A stretch of DNA of 64,000 nucleotides from a virus: positions 1 through 64,000 of the IMG/VR virus record IMGVR_UViG_3300035182_000466; one strand, given 5' to 3'. Under the pieces are notes generated by a model, which worked only from the letters and a program-made list of their open reading frames with translations, was not told the origin of the DNA and made no database searches. Below are positions 29,601-42,100 of this stretch, piece after piece; positions within the stretch are counted from its first letter, which is position 1; every line of letters begins with the position of its first letter. The translations under genes were made by a program, and so were the position numbers.

Positions 29601-30331
29601 TTCAAGGTCCACAAGGTAATCAAGGCTCACAAGGCATGACAGGGGCACAAGGTATTCAAGGTTCACCATTCTTAATTGCTAAGACATATCCTTCAGTTGA
29701 TGCTTTAACTGCGGATACAGCACCTACTAACATTAATCAGTATAACTATGCAGTTATAGATACTGGAAATGTTAATGATCCTGACAATGGTAAACTCTAT
29801 ATCTGGTCAGGGACTAAGTATATCTATATCACAGATATGTCAGGTGCACAAGGTGCACAAGGTATGTCAGGTGCACAAGGTAATCAAGGATTAACTGGAC
29901 CACAAGGTCCACAAGGATCACAAGGTATACCTGGAGATTCAGGCCCTGTGGTTATACGTTATGAGTTTGGTACTGGTACAGGTAAGTCTTATGTTACTGC
30001 AACTGGTACTGGTGTAACCTTAACAAAGTCTACTAACAGTGCAGAAATTTCTGCACCTGATGGTGTAGAAGTATTGAGTTGTAGTATACACTTTGATTCC
30101 TCTGAAATTACTTCAAGTTCTGTAACCATTAACTATGGACAAAATAAAGGTATGGGAGATAACACAACTTACGATGTACTGTATTGTCCACAGTTCCAAG
30201 TATTCCAAGATATTTCTGGTAACAGAGCATTTAAGTCAGCTGTTGCAGGCAATTTAAACACAGCATCAGGAACTTTAACCTTGACAAACTTAACATCAGG
30301 ACAAGCAATTTGGATCAATATGTCATTCTAA
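26648..30331 (+). CDS. Collagen-like fibre protein
   Basis: Well over 200 Gly-X-Y triplets (mostly GPQ/GxQ) interrupted by small globular domains. Confidence 0.92.
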   Translation: MLGNPISSQLYVDLLHKSLDSRLSVDTIAQRDAIDAAYRYKGMVVYVKEVDKHYEFRIIGSETTSAYASNANWFEVSFHLHENKNAIDFINVDGNGNPTWNNSAWPGSNSGIPGPQGPQGFIGMTGPQGATGSQGPAGVNGVNGSIGPQGPQGAQGPQGQKGDAGADLVFSGAWDATYTYNVNSLVTYQGSSYVTIKPATGIVPTDSVYWTKMTEAGTDGAQGPQGSRGPQGETGYQGPQGYTGADSTVAGPQGPQGPQGNQGLMGPQGLTGADSNVPGPQGQMGNQGPQGPQGNQGIQGTQGNQGTQGLKGDKGDKGDKGDTGANSTVPGPQGLTGPQGTQGPQGVAGPQGYQGALGLTGATGPQGSQGNQGTQGPQGNQGQQGQQGPQGSQGTTGETGDQGPQGPQGDTGPQGYTGSQGPQGPKGDTGLRGYQGAQGLQGSVGPQGARGYQGPVGSIGMQGPQGYTGVTGPIGPQGPQGVGVDGSVGPQGPQGSAGRIGPQGPQGYQGVQGTQGHQGYQGEPSTVQGPQGTQGYQGYQGPQGYQGVQGAQSSVQGPQGTQGPQGTQGVTGSTGTQGVQGPQGTQGYQGYTGIAGPVGSQGPQGPQGPQGPQGQQGPQGPQGPQGQQGPQGSQGSQGQQGYQGYQGYQGTQGTSGKGFTLSKVYTSVAELNSDSSPTGINVGEFAIINTGNIDDVDNGKLYLWNGSSYQYLVDLSGVQGIQGPQGLTGLTGAQGEASTVPGPQGLTGPQGPQGTQGSQGNPSTVPGPQGPQGLTGPQGPQGDKGDKGDTGSQGPQGLIGPQGPQGLTGADSTVQGPQGPQGYLGLTGPQGQQGPQGAPSTVQGPQGPQGDLGLTGPQGPQGAPSTVQGPQGPQGDLGLTGPQGPQGAPSTVQGPQGDVGPQGPQGAQGAPSTVQGPQGNLGLTGPQGPQGSQGNPSTVPGPQGPQGLTGPQGPQGPQGAQGAQGPQGDPSTVPGPQGKDGVDGVQGPQGNQGSQGMTGAQGIQGSPFLIAKTYPSVDALTADTAPTNINQYNYAVIDTGNVNDPDNGKLYIWSGTKYIYITDMSGAQGAQGMSGAQGNQGLTGPQGPQGSQGIPGDSGPVVIRYEFGTGTGKSYVTATGTGVTLTKSTNSAEISAPDGVEVLSCSIHFDSSEITSSSVTINYGQNKGMGDNTTYDVLYCPQFQVFQDISGNRAFKSAVAGNLNTASGTLTLTNLTSGQAIWINMSF

Positions 30332-30352
30332 CAAAAAGAAAGGAGAAATTAG

Positions 30353-30919
30353 ATGCTAGATTTTACCGCAAGGTTTGATCTACTATCCTATGAGTCTCTA
30401 GCTGAACCTGACACGTTCAGCTTTGAGGCTCAAATAGTAGACAACTCTGGAGTTTTTTCTGCTAAGGATGCACAAGTAGGTTCAGTCATTTATAATGATT
30501 GTACTATAACCATGTTAGGCGTAGTACGTTTTGTCCTTACTGAAATAGACCCTGCTACTGATTTTTCAACATTAAAGGGTACTATGAAATTAGATATGGG
30601 AGGTGAAAAGTTAAAAGGTGACTATCCAGTAGCATATCAAGAAGGTTTAATTGGTTCTGCTGGTGAGTTAGGTACATTGGCTGTAGCTTCAATGGCATTA
30701 CAAACATTAGATGAATCATTTATTGCAGCTGTTAGAAATAACGAGAACCGAAGACTTGCAAAAATGCTTCTTTTATCTAATCCTTCTTTGAAAACTAATA
30801 CTCCTGTTGCATTACAACCATTGCTACCGGTACCTACTTCTGATGATCAGATATTATTAGGCGATCCAGATGGAACTGATAAGTGGGTTTCAAACGTTGA
30901 CTTAGGCGAATTTAACTAG
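30353..30919 (+). CDS. Fibre-associated hypothetical protein
   Basis: Paralog of the N-terminus of 53265..54674; ends VDLGEFN. Confidence 0.7.
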   Translation: MLDFTARFDLLSYESLAEPDTFSFEAQIVDNSGVFSAKDAQVGSVIYNDCTITMLGVVRFVLTEIDPATDFSTLKGTMKLDMGGEKLKGDYPVAYQEGLIGSAGELGTLAVASMALQTLDESFIAAVRNNENRRLAKMLLLSNPSLKTNTPVALQPLLPVPTSDDQILLGDPDGTDKWVSNVDLGEFN

Positions 30920-30960
30920 TACTCATAATGAGTACATAACAACAAAAGGAGAAAATAAAT

Positions 30961-32994
30961 ATGATTACTTTACAGTTGAAGCGTGGTCTTAAAGCTAATC
31001 TTCCCGCATCTGCTCCCGCAGGTGCACCATTACTCACATTAGATACTAATGAATTATTTGTGGGTACTGGTTCCGGTATCAAAAAAGTAGTAGATACTTT
31101 AGTTTCAGCTACAGCACCGTCAAATCCTATTAGTAATCAAATTTGGTTAGATACTACCACTAATCAGATTAAGCGTTATGATGGTTCAGTGTGGGTACCA
31201 GCTTCTGGTTTAGGAGCAACTTGGGGTAATCTTATCGGTAACATTGATGATCAAGCTGATCTTAAAGCAAAGTTTGATGCTTTGACCGCAGCTAATACAA
31301 CCTTAACTACAAACTTAGCTGCTGAGACCACAGCACGGATTGCAGCAGATACAAATTTACAAAATGCTATTAACGCAGAAGCCTCTACAAGAGCCGCAGC
31401 TATTGCAGCTATTACTTCCACAAGTGGTGATAGTGTAGCTGCAGAGACATCGGCTCGTCAAGCTGCTGATACTACTCTTCAAGCTAACATCAATGCAGAG
31501 ACTACTGCTCGTACTTCAGCAGACACTACCCTACAGGCTAATATTAATGCAGAGGCTACTGCAAGAGCAGCTGCTGATGCAGTTCTTCAGGCTGCTTTAG
31601 ACGCAGAGACTACCGCACGTATTGCTGCTGATGCTGCTTCACAAACCTCAGTAACAAATGAGACCTCAGCTAGGGTTGCTGCTGACGCTGCATTACAAGC
31701 AGCAATTAATGCAGAGGCTACTGCAAGAGCAGCAGCTGATGCTGCCTTACAAAGCTCTAAAGCAGAATTAGCTGGTAGCCAAACGCAAGTATTTGCAGTA
31801 GCTACTCCAACACAAGACTATCATGCTGCAACAAAGAAATATGTTGATGGAATGTCACAAAGCTTAGATATTAAGCGTTCAGTAAAAATTGCTAGTACTG
31901 CTAATGTTAGTTTATCAGCTCCAGGTGCAAGTATTGACGGTTATACCTTAGTAGCTGGTGACAGAATTTTGTTACGCAAGCAAACTAATTTAACTGAAAA
32001 TGGTATCTATGTATTTAATACTGCTTCTACTCCTTTAGTCCGTTCAACTGATGCGGATAACGCTGATGGCGAAGCTGATTTCACTTGTGGATTATTCACC
32101 TTCGTTGAGAGTGGTACTTATGCTGGTGTTGGCTTCACTTGTACTACTCCAGACAGTACACAAATTGGTGGTGTTGCAGCTATTAACTTAGGTAAAGATG
32201 CAATTAATTTCACACAATTCTCTGCAGCTGGATCTTACAGCGCAGGTACTGGACTTGAAATCAATGGTCAAGAAATCTCCATAGCTGCTACTGGTGTAGC
32301 TACTGGAACCTATACTCAAGTAACTGTGAACAAGCAAGGTCAAGTAACTGCTGCTAGTAGCCCAACTACATTAGCTGCTTATGGTATTACTGATGCAGCC
32401 TCTCAGTCTGCTTTAGATGCAGAGACCTCAGCTCGTACTGCTGCTGATACTGCAATCCAAACTACCGTGACTAATGAAGTAACGGCTAGAGCAGCTGCCG
32501 ATGCAACATTACAAGCTGCAATTAATGCAGAGGCTACTGCTCGTACTTCAGCAGACACTACCCTACAGGCTAATATTAATGCAGAAGCATCTACACGTGC
32601 TGCTGCTGATGCAACTTTAACTACTAACTTAGCTGCAGAGACATCAGCTCGTCAAGCTGCTGATACCACTCTTCAAGCTAATATTGATGCTGAAGTTACA
32701 GCACGTATTGCAGCCATTTCAGCAATCACCAATACAACTGGCTCAAACCTGACTGCAGAGACATCAGCTCGTCAAGCTGCTGATACCACTCTTCAAGCTA
32801 ATATTGATGCTGAAGTTACAGCACGTCAAGCTGCTGATGCTGCCTTACAAAGTTCTAAGGCAGCATTAGCTGGTAGTCCTACTCAAGTTTTTTCTGTTGC
32901 TAATCCAGTTTCAGGAACAAATGCACTTAACTTAGATTTTGCAGATGCACGTTATGTCAACGTTGATGAAGTTGTAGACTTAGGTACATTCTAA
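30961..32994 (+). CDS. Fibre protein: Mtd_N-like domain plus 18-residue coiled-coil repeats
   Basis: LQLKRG...TLDTNELFVG; AETxARxAADxxLQxxIN repeats; GDRILLRKQT..ENGIY domain; ends VDLGTF. Confidence 0.85.
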   Translation: MITLQLKRGLKANLPASAPAGAPLLTLDTNELFVGTGSGIKKVVDTLVSATAPSNPISNQIWLDTTTNQIKRYDGSVWVPASGLGATWGNLIGNIDDQADLKAKFDALTAANTTLTTNLAAETTARIAADTNLQNAINAEASTRAAAIAAITSTSGDSVAAETSARQAADTTLQANINAETTARTSADTTLQANINAEATARAAADAVLQAALDAETTARIAADAASQTSVTNETSARVAADAALQAAINAEATARAAADAALQSSKAELAGSQTQVFAVATPTQDYHAATKKYVDGMSQSLDIKRSVKIASTANVSLSAPGASIDGYTLVAGDRILLRKQTNLTENGIYVFNTASTPLVRSTDADNADGEADFTCGLFTFVESGTYAGVGFTCTTPDSTQIGGVAAINLGKDAINFTQFSAAGSYSAGTGLEINGQEISIAATGVATGTYTQVTVNKQGQVTAASSPTTLAAYGITDAASQSALDAETSARTAADTAIQTTVTNEVTARAAADATLQAAINAEATARTSADTTLQANINAEASTRAAADATLTTNLAAETSARQAADTTLQANIDAEVTARIAAISAITNTTGSNLTAETSARQAADTTLQANIDAEVTARQAADAALQSSKAALAGSPTQVFSVANPVSGTNALNLDFADARYVNVDEVVDLGTF

Positions 32995-33016
32995 TAAAAT
33001 AATTAAAGTTATACCA

Positions 33017-33047
33017 TAGGAGTGTGGATAATAAATCCACACTCCTA
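33017..33047 (+). terminator. Intergenic hairpin (terminator-like)
   Basis: 13-bp perfect stem TAGGAGTGTGGAT/ATCCACACTCCTA; weak U-tract. Confidence 0.6.
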
Positions 33048-33131
33048 CCTTATATTAAAAATAAAGACTTTGTTCTATTACATAATTTAATAATATAAAA
33101 GGTTATTCATATCTCATAAAGGAGAATCTAT

Positions 33132-36100
33132 ATGAAGCTTTTGATAAAACGAGGGCTAGATACAACTCGCCAATTAATAACGTTTGATGAAGGTGAGTTA
33201 ATTCTGGCTACCGACACTGGGCAATTATTTATAGGTGATGGTAAAACCGCAGGTGGTATTAAAATCAGTCCAAGTCTAAAAGGCTTATGGTCTGAAAAAA
33301 CGTTTGCAGTTAACGATATTGTAAGTAACAATGGAAGTTCATACTTCTGTAAAGTTGCACATACTGGTACTTCATTAACTGAACCTGGACTAGGAGCAAA
33401 TTGGGATCAATATTGGCAATTAATGTCAGAAAAAGGTGAAATTGGAATACAGGTTAAAGGTGATTGGGATGCAACTCAATCCTACAGTGTTGGTGATTTT
33501 GTATCTTACTTAGGATCTGCATGGGTCTGCAAAACTCCATGTGTAAATGTTGTTCCAGAAAATGGCACATATTGGATTTTAGCTTCAGAAAAAGGTGATC
33601 GTGGATTATATCCTGAAGGCATTTGGAGCAACGCTACCAATTATAAAAAAGATAGCATTGTAGTTTATAATGGTGAAGTATTCAGAAGTCTGGTAGACAA
33701 TAATAAAAATTCAGTACCTGATAAAAATGCCCAAAATTGGGAGAAGTTTGTAAGTAAAGGTTATACACATAAAGGCGAATACCAAGTAGCAACATCTTAT
33801 ACTAATGATGATATTGTTTTTTATAGTGGTAGCACTTGGAGATGTATTTCTGAAACTACAGAGGCTCCAGATACAACTAGTTCCAGTTGGGAACTAGTCG
33901 CAGGAGGTATAGTAGTAAGAGGTAAATGGAGTAACGCTTCTAATTATCAGAAAAATGATATAGTAGAACATGCAGGATCAACTTGGAGATCAAACTCTGT
34001 AAACGTAACTAGTGAGCCATCTTTGAATAATACTGACTGGGAATTAGTTTCCGGCGGTATAGTAGCTAAAGGGGAATGGCAAGATTCCATAGAGTATGAC
34101 ATAAATGATATTGTAGCTTATTCAAGCTCCACTTGGAGAGCAAAAGTAAAAACTACAAGTAAACCATCTAAGAGTAATGTAGACTGGGAGCTATTATCAG
34201 GTGGTTTAAGTATTAAAGGTGATTGGGATAAAAACATTAGTTATAAACTTAACGATTTAGTTTACCATAAAGGTTCATCTTACTTAAATAATCAGGATGT
34301 AAACTTAGGTAATGAACCATCAATTACAGACTCGACTTGGAGTGTTTTAGGAAAGCGTGGTCTATACCATAGAGGAGCATGGTCTAATGCTACACAGTAT
34401 TATGCAGGTGATGCAGTTTCTTATCATGGTGAATCTTGGTATGCCTTAAGTGATAGTTTAAATATTACTCCTGCAGAAGGACTGACATGGACTTTATTAA
34501 GTTCTAAAGGTACTATTTTTAAAGGTCAATGGGTATTAACTTCTGAGTATAAAGTAGATGATTTAGTTACTCATAATGGTAGCATGTGGATTTCATTAGT
34601 TGATTCTACTAATAGTGAACCTAGTTTAACAAATACTGATTGGTTACTTGTAGCATCTAAAGGTGATAAGGGTATACAACCAATTGGTCAATGGTCTAAT
34701 TCAACTAATTATGTTGTTGGTGATTTTGTAAACTACCTTGGTTCTGGTTATATATCTAAAGGAAATACACCTTCTGGTACACTACCTACAGAAGAATCAT
34801 TTTGGGCAAAAGTTGTAGATAAAGGTGACAAAGGAGTTTATCCTCAAGGTCAATGGTCTAAATCAAAGACCTACAAAATGGATGATATAGTTGTTTATAA
34901 CGGTCAAGTATTTAGAAGTCTAATTGACAATAATCTAAATATTATTCCTGTTGGTGATAGCACTTGGGAACTATTCTTATACAAAGGTTATACTAATAAA
35001 GGTGTATGGAATAATAGCTCTGTTTATCAGGTAGATGATTTAGTTGTATATGCTAGTTCTTTATGGAGAGCGATAACTTCAGGCTCTAATAACAATCCAG
35101 CTATAACTAAAGATACTAACTGGGAACTAGTCGCAGGAGGTATTACACTTCGTAACGCTTGGGATTCTAATACTGCGTATAAGATAAATGATATAGTAAC
35201 ATACTCAAATTCTACATGGCTATCTAAAACTGAAAACACAAATTCTGAACCAACCACTTCAAGTAGTGATTGGGAAGTGATGACTTCAGGTGTATCGTTT
35301 GCAGGTACGTGGGCTTCTACTAGTAAGTTTAATAAGAATGATATAGTTCTTTATAAAGGTAATTCTTATATAAGCCTTATTTCAAATAACTTGAATAATG
35401 AGCCTTCAGATTTATCATCATACTGGAGTTTAGTAGCTAAGAAAGGTATTGTTGCACGTGGTGCATGGTCTAATATTACACAATACTATGCAGGAGATGT
35501 TGTCCATTATTTAGGTAACTCATGGTATGCTTTAAATGATAGTTTAAATGTTATTCCCGTAGAAGGAATTACTTGGACTTTATTAGCCTCTAAAGGTATG
35601 TCAGTTAAAGGTCAATGGCTATCAGGTACTTCCTATCTTAAAGATGATGTGGTCTTTGAAGATGGCAGCTCATGGTTAGCATTAGCAGATAATACTAATT
35701 CAAGACCAGTGACTGGTAACTCAAACTGGACATTGATTACACAAAAGGGTGATAAAGGTATTCAAGTAAAAGGTGATTGGAATGAAACAGTCACTTATGA
35801 GTTAGGCGATTTAGTTTACTATAATGGAAGTGGCTACGTGGCTAAAGGATCTGTAGCTGCAAATGTTGTTCCTACTGATTCAGAGAATTGGTCAAAGATA
35901 GTATCTAAAGGTGATAAAGGTGACCCAGGTAAAAACTTTACAATAGCTAAAGTTTATGCTTCTTCTTTAGATCTACACTCGGATGTAACACCTAGTAATA
36001 TTGAACCTGGAGAGTTTGCAATAATAAATACTGGTAACGTGGAAGCAGATGAAGATGCACGTTTATACTTATGGAATGGTTCTAGTTATCAGTACATAAC

Positions 36101-39100
36101 AGATATGTCAGGACTACAAGGTATTCAAGGCCCACGTGGTATGAACCATAAGGGTGATTATAATGTAAGTTATGAGTATGCTAAAGATGATGCTGTAATT
36201 TATGGTGGATCTTATTATGTATCTTTGCAAGATTCAAACCTTTCAAATTTACCAATAACTCACCCTGCTTACTGGGCCATGGTTGCATCAAAAGGTGATT
36301 ACGGGATAAAGATGAGAGGAGAATGGAATCTAAGTGATATTTACACCGTTCATGATTCTGTATCTTTTAACGGATCACATTGGATATGTATTCAAGATCA
36401 TAGTGGAATAGCTCCAGAAGAAAATGCTTACTGGACATTGTTAGTTCATAAAGGTGATGCTGGGGTACCTGGTCCTCAAGGTGCTCCAGGATTTAATTCA
36501 CTAGAAGTTCAATATGCTGGTTCACAGATTGGAAATTCCGTATCTAAAGTTGACTTTGTGGGTGGTGGTTCAAATATAAGCTACGATGCTGCAAATGCTA
36601 AAATAGTTATTGACATAGAAGGTAATACCGCAGGATCTATGTCTTGGAGTAATGGTGCGGACTTTGTACAAGGAACTAAAACAGAAAAGATAAAGATAGT
36701 TGGTGATAGCATAACTTTAGGATATGAAAATGGAGAGTATATTGAAGACTGCTATAGTTTAGTAAATGCAAATCTATCAAAAACAACTATTGTATCAGTA
36801 GGAGGCGAATTAGTATCAGGGAAAAATGGATCAAATTATTTGACGTCTTCTACATTCACTTCAGTTAATGTTCTTTCTGGAAAGTTAAATACTTTAGTTG
36901 AGTCTTTTAGTTATGTAACTACTTCTATACCAGATAGATGTGAAGCCAAACTACAATTCTCACAAGACGGAATATCTTGGGTATCTGCAAGTGGTGTAGT
37001 AAATGAGTACACAGAACTTTTAGTTGGATCTAATACATTGGATCTAACAGCATTAAATTACGTTACACCTAATTTTTATTATAAACTGACTTACTTATCA
37101 GATGGAACTGCAACACCTTCTGTTTCTGATATACGGATATCCTATAGTCCTAAAGTTTATGCTTCAACTAATCAGACATGGACTTCTAATGTCATCACAA
37201 GTAGAGACTATCGTTCAATTAAACTGACTGCCTTTAAGGCAGCTTGGAGTGTAACTGCACAAAATGTAAAACCAAGATTTAGAATAGCTGCATCTGATGT
37301 TGAAGATTTTAGTTCTGGTGTAACGTATTTTCCTTCAGCTTATTTATATTATCAAAATGGTTCTACTGCACATATAGAAAATGGAGTATGGTTAGATCTT
37401 TCAGCGGTAATTACTTCTAGTAAAAAGTATTGGAAGATAATAGCTGTATTAAACTCCGGAACAGATACTAATAATGCTCCAGTAATATCACAGTTAGACG
37501 TATCGTATTTAATTGATCCTGTTGTACCAGTAATGGGTAAAACCTTTACGTCCAAAGGTACTTGGAATATAAATACACCTTATGTAGAAAATGATTTAGT
37601 CGAATACAATGGGTCACTGTGGTATTCTGAAACTAAGAACTTAGGATCAACCCCAAGTGTTATAAGTTCTGATTGGGGACTGTTTGCTTCAAAGGGAGAT
37701 AAAGGAGATAAAGGTGATCGTGGTGACATTGGTATTCAAGGACCTCAAGGTATTGCTGGATTAATAGCTAAAGGTGAATGGTCATCAGGAACAACATATG
37801 GACCATTTGATGTAGTGCAATATGCTAACGGGATATGGAAGTCTAAGCAGACAAACAACTCTAACAACATTCCTTCACAATCGCCAGATAATTGGGAGCT
37901 TTTAGTACAAGGAATGAATGTTAAGTCTGATTGGTCTAGTGCAACATCTTATGCTAAAAATGACTTAGTTACTTATGCTAACGCAGTTTATTGTTCCTTG
38001 ATAGACCTAAATGTTAATAACGTTCCTGTTGATGGTAGTAAATGGAAACTTTTAACTCAAGGTCTTTCTGCTAAAGGTTCTTGGTCTTCTTCAACTAATT
38101 ATTATTATAATGATTTAGTTACGTACAAAGGTACTACTTACAGAAGCATTACTAATAATAACTTAAATAATACTCCACCAATAAATGCCTCCGATTCTAA
38201 TTGGGATATTTTATCAAAACGTGGATTAGCTCTTCGTGGTGTTTGGAGCTCTTTAACACAGTATTATGAAGGTGATGTTGTATCATACAATGGACAATCT
38301 TTTGCTTCTATACAAAATTCTTTAAACGTTATACCTGTTGAAGAGGAATATTGGACTCTAATCGCTAGTTCAGGATTAGCTGACAGAGGTGCTTGGGCTT
38401 CTGGATTAACTTATGAGCCTAATGATCTTGTTTTCTATGATGGTTCTACTTGGAGATGTCTAGCTCAAAATATTAACGTAGAACCTGTACAAGGTACAGA
38501 ATGGACTATATTTGCACGTCAGGGTCAAATAGGACCTCAAGGTAATATTGGACCAATTGGACCTAAAGGAGACCCTGGAACTAACATAGTACCTATGGGT
38601 ATTTGGAATGAATGGACTACCTATCCAATTGATGCATGTGTAACATATGAAGGAAGTGCTTGGAGAAGCTTAGGTACAACTACTGGTGATACTCCACAAT
38701 TAGGATCAAGTGCATGGGAAATCTTCTTAGAAGGATCAAGTGCACCAGAAAGATTATCTTCTACTCAAAATATTTGGGATAAAAGTTTAGCGTTTAATAA
38801 TCAAAATGCTATCTTTACTGATGGACTCCAGAAGCCAAGTGTTGATAATGTTATTAGATTAGCTCAAACTGGTGGAACTTTCTATGATGCCTATAGTAAC
38901 TTTAATAATATTAACGCCGCACAAAGTTCTAACTATGCGTATGATGTATTTAAAGCTGGAATAGGTATCAAAAAAGAAATAGATTATGGTACTGGAGCTG
39001 ATGGTAACATAACTATTAGTGCTAATAGCAACATAAATGTCATGATGACTAATGGACGTACTCAACCAGATGGTATCTCTTTTAACGTTACATCTTTGAC

Positions 39101-42100
39101 CTCCAATACAGCCGTCCTTAGCTCTGTACCTAACGTAGGGGCTCTTAATGTAAATGATGAAGTAATTCTTATCAACTTAATGGGTACCCCAACTAATTAC
39201 TCTAACGTAGGTAACTATGAGTTCCTTAGAGTTAAGTCTGTAAGTGGGAGTATAATTACATTTCAGACAAATAAGACAAAATTTTATGGTCAAAACTCTT
39301 TAGAAGATACAAATATTGGAATTACTCCAGGAACAAATCAAATAGTGGTTATTCAAAGAGTTCCTAACTATAATAATGTTACAATTAATAGTGGAGTAAG
39401 CTTAACCTGTAATAACTGGAATGAATTATTAGGAGGAATCATTGCTTTTAGAGTATCTGGTTCCTTATCAAACTTTGGGGTCATCACGGCAGAAGGTAAA
39501 GGGTATCTAGGAGGTGCTTTCCCAGGTAATTCTACAGGAGAAGGTCCTGGATACAAAAACTTTGGCTCAACTGGCATAACTTACAGTGCTATTGGTGGTG
39601 GTTCAGATACTAATTCATATGTTAATTTTTCATATGTTAATTCTAGAGGTGGCGGCGGCGGATATAGAACTCAAGGTATATGTTGTGCCAATTTTAATAT
39701 TAACCCAACTTCCATAGATCCTTATGGAACAACTTATGGTGATGATTATCTGATTAAGCTGTATTTTGGCTCTGGCGGCGGCATCGCTTATAATGGTTCA
39801 GCCACAGTTAATGGAGGTAATGGTGGAGGAATAGTATTTATAGGAGCAAACTCTATATCACTACTTGGATCAATACTTAGTCCAGGTACTTCAGGAAGTA
39901 CAACTTTAACAGGATACTGTGACCCCGGTGCAGGTGCAGGTGGCTCAATTCTTATTAAGACTATAAGTTTAATTACAGGTACTAATATCCTAAATACTAA
40001 AGGTGCTGCTCAACTCGATTCTGCAAACATTTGGAATGACAGTATTTTTGGTGGTTCTGGAATAGCTGCTGTTTATTATAAAAATAAATCTGGAGCAATT
40101 ACTTCTTCTGGTACTACTAAAGAGTATCCTATTTTAGAATATTCTACATCTTCAGTAGTTAGCTCAATAAATTTACTAGCCTCACCTACAACAGTAACTA
40201 ACATTAAGAAGTATAACTATACTATGTCACAATTACCAAATGGAACAACAGCTAAGATTCAATTTAGTAAGGATGGTACTTCTTGGTACAATTCTTCTGG
40301 TATTCAGAATCAATCAAATCTTATGAACACAGGCTCACGCTCTATTGATCTTACAAACTTAGGGTGGACAGGAAAGAACCTGTATACTAAGATTACTTTA
40401 ACCTCAGATGGAACTGGAACACCTATAATTCAAAATTATACTATTGAATTTGATCCAATTATCTATACTTCATCTGAGCAATCTTGGACATCAAATACTA
40501 TCAATGCTCCATTGAATCAAGAACATAGACTTAAGTATATGTCTATTATTTGGAACTATGCTGAGAATGATTTTGCAGTTAATCCTAAGTTCCAATTATT
40601 AGCATCAAATACTGGAGCATTTAGTGGAGAAGAAACTATTTTCCCTGCCGGTATTGGAACGTATTTCCAAGAAGGTGGTACCTACGATTTCCATCCAGGA
40701 GAAGAAGTAGATTTAACGCAACTAACACAAACCGGATTTAAATATTATCGTGTAAAAGCCTACCTGGTTGCTGGTGGTGATTATTCAGATACTCCTGAAA
40801 TCACTTCAATAGAAATTGGCTTAATGGGCCAACCTACTTTAAATTTAGTAAATAGAGGAAGCTGGAATAATGCAGTTAATTATAGTGTAGGAGATATTGT
40901 TACTGACAATGGTATTCTTTGGAGATGCTTAGTCAATAATACTAATAGTCAACCAACAGCTACTAATTCAAACTGGCAGTTGTATTTAACAAAAGGCCTT
41001 AGCTATAAAGGAACATACTCTGCTGCGGTTAGTTATATTCTAGATGATATTGTTGAGTATCATGGACAACTTTACAAAGCTCTAAAAACTACAACAGGTA
41101 ATACACCTGTTGAAGGATCTAATTGGACTATTTTATTAGATTCATTAAAATATGTAGGTGCTTGGAACTCTAGTACTTTGTATGCAGGTTCTGATGTTGT
41201 TACTTATCATGGACAACTCTGGAAAGCATTAGCTACATCAACAAATGTTATTCCAGTTGAAGGCGCAAATTGGACATTATTAAATAACGGTCTAAATATT
41301 ACTGGAACTTGGAACTCTGCTACTGCTTATGCTGCTAATGATATTGTTGTCTATGCAAACTCTATTTGGAAGTGTAATTCAAATAATACAAACAGTATAC
41401 CATCAGTTGACAACGTTTCTAATTGGACACTGTATGCCGGAGGATTGGCTGCTAAGAGTGAGTGGTCTTCTGTTGCTAATTATCAGATTAATGACTTAGT
41501 TACTTACTCAGGAACAACTTGGCGTTGCACTCAAGCAAATACAAATCAAACTCCTTCTGTTGGAGCTTACTGGGAAATCTTTGCGGCAAAAGGTGAGAAA
41601 GGCGATGCTTCTACTATACCTGGACCGCAAGGCATTCAAGGCATACCTGGGTTATCAGGTTCTGGATTAACCTTTAAAGGTCCTTGGGACTTTTCTGTAG
41701 AGTACTCACAGGATGATTGTGTAGAGTACCTAGGTTCTGCTTGGAGAAGTGTAGCTAATTCAAATAGTAATAACTATCCAGATTCTAGCTCCTCTTGGGA
41801 ATTATTTGTACAGGGTGCTAACAGCCCAACTCGGGTGAGTACAAATACCAAAGTTTGGAATGGAAGTTTAGCTTTCAATGCTAAAGGTACTATTTTTAGT
41901 ACTGGAATTGAAAGTCCTTCTATTGATGGAAAGTTAAAGCTTGAATATGAGTCTGGATTATTTAAAGAAAAATTTGAAAATTACTTTAAATTAGATTCAG
42001 CTATTACTTCTAACATTATTATTCGTAGTGGTCGTGTAGAAATTAAGCCAAATATTGATTATGGTACTGGATTAGATGGAAATATTATAATAAGTTCCAA

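Noticed and set aside
26980-29940. CRISPR-like or tandem DNA repeats and shadow ORFs (27266-29165)
   Set aside because: The GGTCCACAA repeats encode collagen GPQ triplets. There are no unique spacers or cas genes, and the other frames are by-products of the repeat.
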